This document shows positions 18,400 through 27,300 of a stretch of 64,000 nt of DNA, piece by piece. Made by a program: the position numbers and the translations under genes. Below the pieces are notes generated by a model, which saw only the letters and a program-made list of their open reading frames with translations, did no database searches and was not told the DNA's origin. Each line of letters starts with the position of its first letter. Positions within the stretch are counted from its first letter, which is position 1. Origin of the DNA: Planctomyces sp. (GTDB lineage: Bacteria; Planctomycetota; Planctomycetia; Planctomycetales; Planctomycetaceae); assembly GCA_031375695.1 (NCBI GenBank), contig JANMIF010000512.1, positions 1,479 to 65,478 of the forward strand. The letters are read 5' to 3'.

Positions 18400-19260
18400 T
18401 CACTCCGCTCCATCGGGCATCAAACCATTCTGTTTCAGAAATTCTTCCATGCCTCGGCCCTGAGCCAGATTCGCCTTGACGATTTTCCATTGAGCGGCGT
18501 CGAACAACGGTTTGAGTTTGTCTTCGGGGATCTTCGAGGCTTGCAGCATCACGACGTAATACTCGTATTGCCCGGCCGAGCGGTGAGGCGGTTTCGTTTC
18601 CTCGCGGAGCAGCTTCAGCACCTTTTCCCGTTGCTCGTGCCGTAGCGGCATTTGAGCTTCCAGCATGGCGACCATCAGTTCCAATTTGGCGTGATACCGC
18701 GCCAGCCTGCGATCAGCTACGGCCGTGTCGTAGTTCGCCGTCTGTACGGCATCGAGCGTGTTACGAATCGTCTTCAGCAAGAACGATTGATCGTTGAACA
18801 AGCCGGCATTCAGAGTCATTTGCAACGGTTGAATCTCTTGCCAAATCTCGTTCATCTTCTGCTGGTCTTTGCGAACGATTAGGAATTTCTGACGAGTGAC
18901 TTCGTAATGTTCCCAAAACCGTTTGATGTCTCCTCGCCCCGCCAGTAGGAGTTTGTTCTTTTGAGAATCATTGAGCTGACACTCCCGATCAACCGCATCC
19001 ATTTGCAACTTGAGCTGCGTTTCCAACTTCTGCCGCCCCGTGCTGGCATTCCGTCCGCCGAAAATCCACTGCTCGAAGTTCTCTTCCGAAAACTCCCCCT
19101 GTACCGGCTGCAGCTGCTCGCCATTCGGTTCGTCGTCATCACCTGCAACTGCCGCGTCCAGGAGTTGAATCGCGAAATCATCTGCGACCACAACGCCGCT
19201 CCAGCAAACTGCCGCCGCGATCAAAATCAACAAAAACAACCGACGAATTCGATCTCGCAT
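18400..19260 (-). CDS. secreted helical paralog P5
   Basis: 286 aa. Contains FEQWIFGGRN, CQLNDSQKNKLLLAGRGDIKRFW, GLFNDQSFLLKTI and PLRHEQREKVLKLLREETKPP. Confidence 0.85.
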   Translation of the reverse strand: MRDRIRRLFLLILIAAAVCWSGVVVADDFAIQLLDAAVAGDDDEPNGEQLQPVQGEFSEENFEQWIFGGRNASTGRQKLETQLKLQMDAVDRECQLNDSQKNKLLLAGRGDIKRFWEHYEVTRQKFLIVRKDQQKMNEIWQEIQPLQMTLNAGLFNDQSFLLKTIRNTLDAVQTANYDTAVADRRLARYHAKLELMVAMLEAQMPLRHEQREKVLKLLREETKPPHRSAGQYEYYVVMLQASKIPEDKLKPLFDAAQWKIVKANLAQGRGMEEFLKQNGLMPDGAE

Positions 19261-19283
19261 TTGTTACCAACCTCGGTCAATTC

Positions 19284-20192
19284 TCAATTCCCAACCGCGT
19301 CATCTTCGACCAACACTCCGAACCCACCCCAGCCGCCCCAACCCCAGAATTGGTTTTGGCCGGTGTTGCTGTCTCGCCAAGCCTGCTTTTGAGTCTCATT
19401 CAGAAATGGCACGACCATTTCATCCGCCGGTCGCGGCACGTTCTCGTCACCGTGCATGAACATCTCCAGCGATTGATCCCAGCCGCTCTTCCAATTTGTC
19501 TTCAGCGACTCGCTGATCTTTTCCCGCTGATCCTTCGACAACACCATATCTTTGTCGATCTTGGCCACGAGGTTCAGCAGCGCAACTCGTTTGCGAGCTT
19601 CGCCCCGCTTGACCATCTCCGCCTCATAAGTCGCGAGCTTCTCGGCAGGAAACATCGCCTTGAGCGTTTCCGTGAACGTCTCTTGAATCGGCTTGCGTGG
19701 ATCGGGGTAAATCGAACTCCCGTCGGTTGGCACCTGCCAGCCCCCTTGCTGCATCTTGCGTTGCACATCGGCCAATTTCTTGACGGCGATTTTAAGTCCT
19801 TTTTCACCGACCTTCTTGAGTTCCTTTTGCTGCTCCTTCGTCGGTTCAAATACCCGCTGAATCAACGAGAGTTCCGCCTTGACCAGCGGCTTCAATTGCG
19901 GAGCAAACTGCTGCTCAAGCTGATCGCCCCCCGCAGGCAAGTCGCCATCACCAAGAATGAGCTGCGCTGGCACTGCGGCACCGCCGCCGCCGAACAGATT
20001 CAGCACTCCTTCAATCAACGCGCTGACACCTTCTTTGACAAGCTCCTGCTCCGCCGTCGCCGCCTCAACTGCTTTCTGAGCCGCCTCAACAACCGCCTCG
20101 GCGGCAGCGGCTGCCGGTTTCGGCTTGTCTTCAGCCAAGCCGAAAGTGACGCTCGTCAATAACAGCGACAGGCCCAGACCAACAGCTTTCAT
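19284..20192 (-). CDS. secreted Ala/Lys/Gln-rich helical protein, possibly a distant relative of P1-P5
   Basis: The internal ATG at 20192 (GAAGGGGA Shine-Dalgarno upstream) gives MKAVGLGLSLLLTSVTFGLAEDK. Contains PTKEQQKELKKV, LSKDQREKISESL and FLNETQKQAW. C-terminus is WGWGGWGGFG. Confidence 0.8.
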   Translation of the reverse strand: MKAVGLGLSLLLTSVTFGLAEDKPKPAAAAAEAVVEAAQKAVEAATAEQELVKEGVSALIEGVLNLFGGGGAAVPAQLILGDGDLPAGGDQLEQQFAPQLKPLVKAELSLIQRVFEPTKEQQKELKKVGEKGLKIAVKKLADVQRKMQQGGWQVPTDGSSIYPDPRKPIQETFTETLKAMFPAEKLATYEAEMVKRGEARKRVALLNLVAKIDKDMVLSKDQREKISESLKTNWKSGWDQSLEMFMHGDENVPRPADEMVVPFLNETQKQAWRDSNTGQNQFWGWGGWGGFGVLVEDDAVGN

Positions 20193-20214
20193 CACGATTC
20201 CCCTTCGATCACAT

Positions 20215-20511
20215 TCACTCGCGTTGTTGAACCGCATCAACTTGGCGGTTGAACGACGACTGAAACTCATAAGCTTTCGGAAGCTTCACAGCGAGTGCCA
20301 CCACGAGCACAGCCGCGACGCCGCCAGTTAGCGCGCACCAAAACTGCGTCGTCGTCTTCACGTCGGCGCGTGAGTACGAAACCATCGCCACCACGAACGC
20401 ACCGAAGCCGAACACCATTCCGATCAGGCTGTTCGTAAACACCTGCCCGTCCAAAATCAGCGGAAACGCAACGGCGATCAGCAGCAAGACACCAGCGATC
20501 GACAACCGCAT
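20215..20511 (-). CDS. small integral membrane protein (3 TM)
   Basis: 98 aa: MRLSIAGVLLLIAVAFPLIL...GMVFGFGAFVVAMVSY...ALTGGVAAVLVVALAV. Confidence 0.7.
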   Translation of the reverse strand: MRLSIAGVLLLIAVAFPLILDGQVFTNSLIGMVFGFGAFVVAMVSYSRADVKTTTQFWCALTGGVAAVLVVALAVKLPKAYEFQSSFNRQVDAVQQRE

Positions 20512-20536
20512 GATGCACCTCGTGATTCAACTTCTA

Positions 20537-20636
20537 CGTAGCTCAGTCGCTCCGCGACTGAGGTTTTCGACGGCTCGACGCTGGTAGTCGCACAGAGCCG
20601 CTCGGAATGCGAGTCGCGGAGCAACTCGCCTACGCA
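20537..20636 (+). repeat. GTAGC-anchored double-hairpin REP-like element inside the operon
   Basis: gtagc, then ctcagtcgc tcc gcgactgag (20542-20562), gttttcgac..., then gcgagt cgcggagca actcgc (20609-20629), flanked by tacgta...ctacgca. The first 30 nt closely match the 5625-5655 copy. Confidence 0.7.
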
Positions 20637-20637
20637 T

Positions 20638-23600
20638 TTACTTTTCCGATTTCTTCTCCAGCCGATTGAAGTATTCATCCAAGCCAGATCGGAATTCTTC
20701 CGGAAGTTTTGGGCCGGAGTCGCCGGTGCTTTGTGATACGTCGCGTTCCTCGCGAGATTCTTTTTCGTTCGTGCCGCTGCCGATCAACGCCAGGGCCGAG
20801 TCGTTTGTGTTGCCGCCGCCTCCGCCACCGGGATTGGCACCTCCGCCTCCGCCACCTTTCGGGTTGAAGCGTTTCGACTGCAGCAGTAACTCGATCGCTT
20901 CCGTTTCGGCGGCAATTGCAGGCGAACCGGTTTCCGCGCGGCCGAGGATCAGCATCGCGTCGTGCATCACTTCCGAGACTTTGTTCAGGAGCGCGATCTC
21001 TTTCGCGAATTCCTGTTCGCCGTCCGGCAAGGTGGCGATCCGGTCAACCACTTTTTCGACTCGTTCGCCCAGGATGCGTTGCGTTTCGGCCTGTCGGTCG
21101 GATTCCGTTTTATGTTCGTCCGATTTGACCGCCGGCTTGGCTTGCTCGGCGACTCGTGTTTCTTCTCGCAGATTGATTTCACCTTCCAGGATTTGCAGGA
21201 CTTCTAGAACGACCGAGGGGGGCAAACTTCCCTTCGACTTGCAGCCCGGACACTGACCTTTGCAACCGGCATCCACCAAGTCTTCGGCCCAACGGTCGAG
21301 CGTGTCGGACCAGAATTCGGCTTGAGCCATCGAAAGCCCGTTTTCCTTTTTCAGATCGTCGCCAAGTTGCCGCAGTCCGCCGATGACGTCTTGTTTGCGC
21401 ATGTCGTCGAGCACGACCTTGAACGGGGCCATGCGGCGGCGTTCAAAATAACCCGCGATGTCGTCCATGATGTTCGAGACGTCGAGGCTGCCCTTTCCTT
21501 CTTCTTTCGACAGTTCGATGAAGAGTTTCGTCGCCGTCTCTTTTGTTGCGACCGCCGCCACGCCGAACGCATCGGTCAGTTGATCGCCGAGCCGCCCGGC
21601 CACTTTGTTCTGCGTGCGAGATGCCGCCTTCAATCGTTTGACCAACGTGCTCCCTTCAAGATTCGCCAGCACGCGATTCAACTCGTCGGCAATCTTGTCA
21701 AACTCCGCCAGCAAATCTTGTTGCTGCTTGACCGCCTCTTCGACCTTTTCCGATGCCGGGGGTTTCGGTTGATCGCCACTGCTCGCCTTGCCGGCCAACA
21801 TCGTTGACGGCAGTCGTAAGCTCGGTGAGCTGTTGTTCTTCTTCGGTTCGGACGGCTTCGCATTCGGGTCTTGCGGTTGCTGAGTCGATTCCACATCGGT
21901 GATCGACGGCACGCTGTTCGGTTTCTTGGGTTCGTCTTCGCCTTCCTTCTTTTCTTCCTTGCCGCCGGAGCTTTTCGTTGTCGCGCGGTTCTGTCCCGCT
22001 TGTCGCGGCGGCTCGCTCGGCTTCGCCGATGACGGCTGACCCGATTGAGGTTTGCCGTCGTTTGGATTTGGCTTGCTTGGATTCCCTTGATTCATCGCCA
22101 ACTGCGGAGCTTGAGCACCTTGCTTCAACAGGTCGGCGACCGACGGCATCCGGTTGCCGGAGATGTCTTTTAGGATTTGCAGCATCTCGGCCCACTTCTC
22201 CAAATGGCCGACGCCGAACTCCGGATTGCGACTCGCTTGCTTCACCAAATCTTCGCCAGAGAGGACGAGATTGCTGAGCCGCCGCCCGTTCGCTCGTTCG
22301 TCGACCGCTTGCTTGTCCAACCGCTTGCGATTGTCGGCTTGATCGAGTTCCGCCGGCTCAAGGTCACGCAATTGCTTGTTGGTTTCGTGAAGAGCCATCT
22401 CGCGATCGCGGACTTCGAGCGACTGCCGATGCCACTTGCTCAACTGCTCGGTCATCCAGATCGCGTGTTGTTCGGGGTTGAGCACATAAAACGTGTAGAC
22501 CCCCGAATATGCTCGCTCGCGGCCGGGGAAGAAATCTTCCGCGAAGAGCCGGACCTGAATCGGCTGCGGTTCGATGCCGAGGACTTTCGCTGAGAACGTA
22601 CCGGTCAGGTCGAGCGTTTCTTTGTCGTTGCCACCGGCCGAGAGGATGCGTTCCCCTTTCGCGGGGTCTTTGAAGTTCGTCTTGTCGATACCGTTCCACT
22701 CGATGCCGACGTGCTTCACGCCGAAATCGTCGGTCGCTCGGACTTTGAACGTGAGCTGCTCGGAATCCAACACGACTTTTTGCCGAGGCAATTCTTCGCA
22801 GGCAATTGACGGTATTTCGTCTTCGCGAGCATTGATCGACACGACAAACGGCTCGCGTCCGGCGAGGCCATGCTTGTCGATCCATTGGAACTCCAACTTC
22901 CGATTTTCATCAACCGCGACGACCGGGCTAACGACCTTTGCACCGCTTGGCGATGTTGCCGCGCCGTCCACTTTCGCCCCGGTCAGTTCGCGAGTCGCCG
23001 TGACCGCGACCGTCGCACGACTCCCTTTGACCAGCGACAACGATCCGCCTCGGACATCTTTGTGAACCGGCTTCGTTCGTTCGAGGTATTTCGGGAGTTC
23101 GATATTCGCCTCGATGCCGGACAACTCCGGTCGCAGCGTCGGCTGAATCGTGACATCGCGCCGGAAGTCGCCGATTCGCACGCGTGTCCGAGCCGCGTCA
23201 ATCTGCGGCGGGATTTCAAATTCGTACTGACCGGCATTTAACCGCGCGGTCACCGGCTGCTGCATCCCGACTTGAATCTCCCCGGCTTCTGGTCGCCACG
23301 CAGTGCCGCTGGCCAGCTTGACCGGCTGCGTAAACACTTCGCCATGCGGCACGACGATCGTGTCGGGCAATGCGTCGATTGCGGCAAACGTGTATCGCGG
23401 CGTGTCGCCCCACGGCTTCAAGAATCGCGCCCAAGCATTTGTCGCCGCCGCTGGCACAACCGCCAGCAATGCGATCGCCGCTAGTCCCGCACAACAAGCC
23501 AGCACCGCGCGACCGCGATGCTTCGGAGCCGGCACTGAATCGGAGAAGTCACGCTTCGCCGCAGTCTCGGCCACTTGCCCAACCGCCGCTTGGCACAACG

Positions 23601-23976
23601 CCAACGATCGAGCTTGTTCACTTTCGTTGTGAACCAATTCGATGATTCCGAGCAACTGATCGCCGACGCTCGGATGCTTTCGGCTCAACAATCGAGCCAA
23701 CTGTTCCAGCCGTCGATGTCGCCAAACCCAGCGATGCAGCGCCAGCGGGATCAACGCACAACCGGCAATCGCCGCGATGAAGATGCCGAGTCGCACGCTT
23801 GCCGGCGTGTCAAGGATGCGGTCGAGAGCGAACGTCGCCAGGAATCCAACGAAAACTCCGAACACCGCTCCACAGGCGGCCTCGATCAATTTGATCGTCC
23901 ACACCCGTTTGCGAAACGCCAGCAACTGAGCCTGTAACGTTTCCGGCAACTGCAATTGAGCCTGCGACAAACTCAT
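20638..23976 (-). CDS. large membrane-anchored protein, DUF4175-like (family call tentative)
   Basis: 1112 aa. AAGGAG Shine-Dalgarno. Two N-terminal TM helices, a beta-rich middle, coiled-coil, a K/P/S/Q low-complexity stretch, a poly-Gly tract (GGGGGANPGGGGGG) and the C-terminal EEFRSGLDEYFNRLE. Confidence 0.85.
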   Translation of the reverse strand: MSLSQAQLQLPETLQAQLLAFRKRVWTIKLIEAACGAVFGVFVGFLATFALDRILDTPASVRLGIFIAAIAGCALIPLALHRWVWRHRRLEQLARLLSRKHPSVGDQLLGIIELVHNESEQARSLALCQAAVGQVAETAAKRDFSDSVPAPKHRGRAVLACCAGLAAIALLAVVPAAATNAWARFLKPWGDTPRYTFAAIDALPDTIVVPHGEVFTQPVKLASGTAWRPEAGEIQVGMQQPVTARLNAGQYEFEIPPQIDAARTRVRIGDFRRDVTIQPTLRPELSGIEANIELPKYLERTKPVHKDVRGGSLSLVKGSRATVAVTATRELTGAKVDGAATSPSGAKVVSPVVAVDENRKLEFQWIDKHGLAGREPFVVSINAREDEIPSIACEELPRQKVVLDSEQLTFKVRATDDFGVKHVGIEWNGIDKTNFKDPAKGERILSAGGNDKETLDLTGTFSAKVLGIEPQPIQVRLFAEDFFPGRERAYSGVYTFYVLNPEQHAIWMTEQLSKWHRQSLEVRDREMALHETNKQLRDLEPAELDQADNRKRLDKQAVDERANGRRLSNLVLSGEDLVKQASRNPEFGVGHLEKWAEMLQILKDISGNRMPSVADLLKQGAQAPQLAMNQGNPSKPNPNDGKPQSGQPSSAKPSEPPRQAGQNRATTKSSGGKEEKKEGEDEPKKPNSVPSITDVESTQQPQDPNAKPSEPKKNNSSPSLRLPSTMLAGKASSGDQPKPPASEKVEEAVKQQQDLLAEFDKIADELNRVLANLEGSTLVKRLKAASRTQNKVAGRLGDQLTDAFGVAAVATKETATKLFIELSKEEGKGSLDVSNIMDDIAGYFERRRMAPFKVVLDDMRKQDVIGGLRQLGDDLKKENGLSMAQAEFWSDTLDRWAEDLVDAGCKGQCPGCKSKGSLPPSVVLEVLQILEGEINLREETRVAEQAKPAVKSDEHKTESDRQAETQRILGERVEKVVDRIATLPDGEQEFAKEIALLNKVSEVMHDAMLILGRAETGSPAIAAETEAIELLLQSKRFNPKGGGGGGANPGGGGGGNTNDSALALIGSGTNEKESREERDVSQSTGDSGPKLPEEFRSGLDEYFNRLEKKSEK

Positions 23977-24238
23977 GGTTCACTCCTTCGGTTTCCGGTG
24001 AGCGAGAGCGTTCGTGATTTCAGGAATCGCGGATCGGCCGAGAATCGTAACCGGCCAATCGTCGTTCGTCGCGATCAAAACAGGTCCGATTTGTTCAGAA
24101 TTGACACGCTCGACAAAAGTTTGCGAACGGGGCTGTCAGGCCTCTGTTACTGTTCTTCGATCGAAAAACCAGGGAACTGACGCCTCCCGTTCGCCGACTT
24201 TTATCGGGCACATCAACATTGTCGGACGCAACCCGCCG

Positions 24239-24269
24239 AAAAAAAACGCCCGACTCGAAGAGTCGGGCG
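24239..24269 (-). terminator. rho-independent terminator of the giant RTX gene
   Basis: cgcccgactc(24247-24256) gaa gagtcgggcg(24260-24269). On the minus strand the stem is followed by a run of 8 T (A8 at 24239-24246). Confidence 0.8.
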
Positions 24270-24348
24270 AAGTTTTGAAATCGTGGCGTTCGCAGTACAG
24301 AAACCCGCGAGCCACCGACGCGAGGTCGGTCGGGGTATTGGATTGAGG

Positions 24349-27300
24349 TTAAATCTCGTCCAATGCTTCCGCCAATTGGACTGGCCCCGTCACGCGGCCG
24401 GACACATTATCACGTTTGGTTGGCACCGTCCGAGCGAAGAACCAATCCCGGCCGGACAACCCCTTGAGAGCGTCGTGGCTCGGCGAGTCGTCGTGGACAG
24501 TGGCGGCCGTCAGGAAGGACGTTCCGTTCAGACCACCCCCCGTGGTGCCACGCAAGTGATCGATTCGCACTTCATAGGATCCCCCAACACTGGTCCACTC
24601 GGCAAGGATATTCATCAGTGCCATGATGTCCGCATCGAAGTCCTGTGTACCGGTGATCGGATCGAAGTCGGTATTGCCGGCGATCAGAATGTCGTCCTCC
24701 GAACCGCCGGTGAGCATGTCGCTTCCGGTGCCGCCAATAAGCAAGCTGCCACCCGATCCGCCGGTCAGTTTGTCGTTCCCGTCGCCACCCACTTGGATGT
24801 CATTGCCACTGCCGCTGCCGAGCGTGTCGTTGCCCGTTTCGCCGAACATCTTGTCGTTACCACTGCCGCCGTTGATGGCGTCGTTGCCGTCGCCGCCAAA
24901 GGCTTGGTCGTCTCCGGAGCCAGCATCCAAACCGTCGTTGCCGGCGTCCCCATGAAGGGTGTCATTGCCGCCACCGCTCGTGAGCTTGTCGTTCCCCGCT
25001 CCACCATCCAGGGAATCGTTGCCGTTGCCGCCGATCAGGATGTCGTTGCCAGCACCACCAGAAAACTTGACGTTGACGCTCGTGCCGGATGCGTCCAGTT
25101 TGTCATTGCCGCCATTGCCGTTGACGACCACTTCTCCGGTGAAGCAGCCGTTCAAGGAACTCTCGAGGATGACCCGGTCCGCCTGCGATCCCCCTTCGAG
25201 GTAGATCCGCTCGAACAGATTGTTCGTCCCCATGGCCAGACCGGAGAAGATCACGGTCGAACCTAATTTGATCACCAGATTGCCATTCACGTCGCACGAG
25301 ACACGGACGGTGTTCGACGCGTTGGGGAGCGTGAGGCATGGCCCCAGGGTCTCGATCGACACAAAGTTGACCTGCTGATGAATTCCCGGAGTGTTGTAAT
25401 TGCCCGTGCCGGCGGCGTTCGTCAGCGTGGTCGTCGCGGCCAACGGACTCACAAGTAGTGCGTCGCCGGGAATCGAGCCAGTGGCAGGGAGTCCGCCATC
25501 GACGGTAATCGCGTCTCCGGCAACACTGGTTGGGGCTGGTGTGACAAAGAATTTGTCGTTGTCCGCCTCGCCGTTGAAGTTGTAGATTCCCGCGACTGTG
25601 TTAGCTGGGCTTAGTCCCGGCCCGTTCACGTTGATGGTATCGGTCCCGGCACCAGAGTTGACGGTCAAACTCGCGATCGCGTCACTCGTCCCAGCCACGT
25701 TGATCAGGTTCACGCCGGCCCCCGAATTGAGCACCAGGATGTTCACGTTGGCGTTGTAGGTGATGCTGGTTCCAGCTCCCGCCCCATCACGGTCGATCGT
25801 CGTGGCGTTAATCGTGTAGTCGTTGGCCGTGGTGTCCCCCTGGTCGTTGATGTTCAGCGTATCGTTGGTGTTGGCTGCAGCGTTGTCATTGAAGACCACC
25901 GCGCCGAGGACCGTATCCAGCGAATTGGCCGCGCTGCCGATGCTGACGATGTCCTGCAACGCACCGCCGGTAATCGTTGTCGTGGCGGCGACCGGCGTGC
26001 CAAGCACATTGTACGTGTTGACTCCCAGGCCCCCCTTCACCTCGACAACGTTGACGTTGGCGTTATAGGTGATGAGTGCTGCCGCCGGGGTGAGGGAGCG
26101 TAAGATCGTCCCGTTGCCCGCGGACACGTCAAGCACATAGGTGTTGGGACCGGCGTCACCCTGGTCATTGATGTTCAACGTATCGGTGGCGTTGGCTCCG
26201 GCGGCGTCATTGAACGTCACCGCGCCGAGGATTGCATCCAGAGAATTGGTGCCGAAGCTGCCGATGCTGACGATGTCCTGAGCCGCACCGCCGTTGATCG
26301 TCGTCGCGGCACTGACAGGCGTCGCCCGCACGTCGTAGATGTTGGCCCCCGTGCCGCCGTTCACCGCGACAAAGTTGACGAATTGATTGTAGGCGATGAA
26401 CGCCGCGCCCGCGCGTGAGATTATCATGTAGGGAAACGACCCCAAGCTGGCCACATAGGTGTTAGCCGAGGCGTCCCCTTGATCGAGGATGTTCAGCGCA
26501 TCGGTCGCATCTCCGACGACGTCGTTGTAGATCACTGCGCCGAGGATCGCATCCAGTGAATTGGACGTGGCACCGATGTTGACGATGTCCTGAGCCGTGT
26601 TTCCGGTGATCGTCGTGGTTGCGGTGGCCGGCGTGGCGACCACATTGTAGGTGTTGACTCCGAGGCCCCCCTTCACATCGACAAGATCGACCTTGTCGTT
26701 GTAGGTGATGAGCGCCGCCAAAGGGGTCGCGGTGCGGGAGATCGTCCCGTTGCTGCCGGACACGTTGAGCACATAGGTGTTGGGACCGGCGTCACCTTGG
26801 TCGAGAATGTTCAGCACGTCGGTAAAGACTCCGGCGGCGTCATTGAAAACCACCGCACCGAGGATCGTATCCAGCGAATTCCCCGCGCTGCCGATGTTGA
26901 CGGTGTCCAGCAAGATGTTGCCGGTGATCGTCGTCGTGACACCGGTTGGCGTCGCGAGCAACCCGAAGGTGTTGGCTCCCGTGCCGCCGTTCACCGCGAT
27001 GTTCGGGGTGGTGAACGACGCATCCACCGCCTGTTGGAAATAGCTCTCGCCGTCGTTGCCGAGATTGATCGTCAGCGAGGTGGTGGGCGTCACGAAGTCG
27101 GTCTGCTCAAACGTGTTCGCCAGACTCCGCAGCCGCGAGATGTTGGCGACATTGGGCGTATCGTTCTCCAACTGGGCCATGTCGTTGCCATTGCCACTGA
27201 GCAAGTTGAAGACGACCGTCGCAGGAGTTCCGGCGTTCACCAGAACCGGGCTGAGATTTGAGTAGGCATAGTTCGCCGTCGCGCCACCGACCAGAGCGAT

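Noticed and set aside
14293-19260. RGD in the invariant AGRGDIKRF motif as an integrin-binding or cell-adhesion signal
   Set aside because: The tripeptide occurs by chance in many proteins. Here it sits inside a conserved helical block of a bacterial periplasmic or secreted family, and nothing suggests a eukaryotic host interaction.
25620-27005. CRISPR-like array
   Set aside because: The ~315-nt units are in-frame protein repeats within one ORF. There are no short repeat/unique-spacer alternations anywhere in the window.
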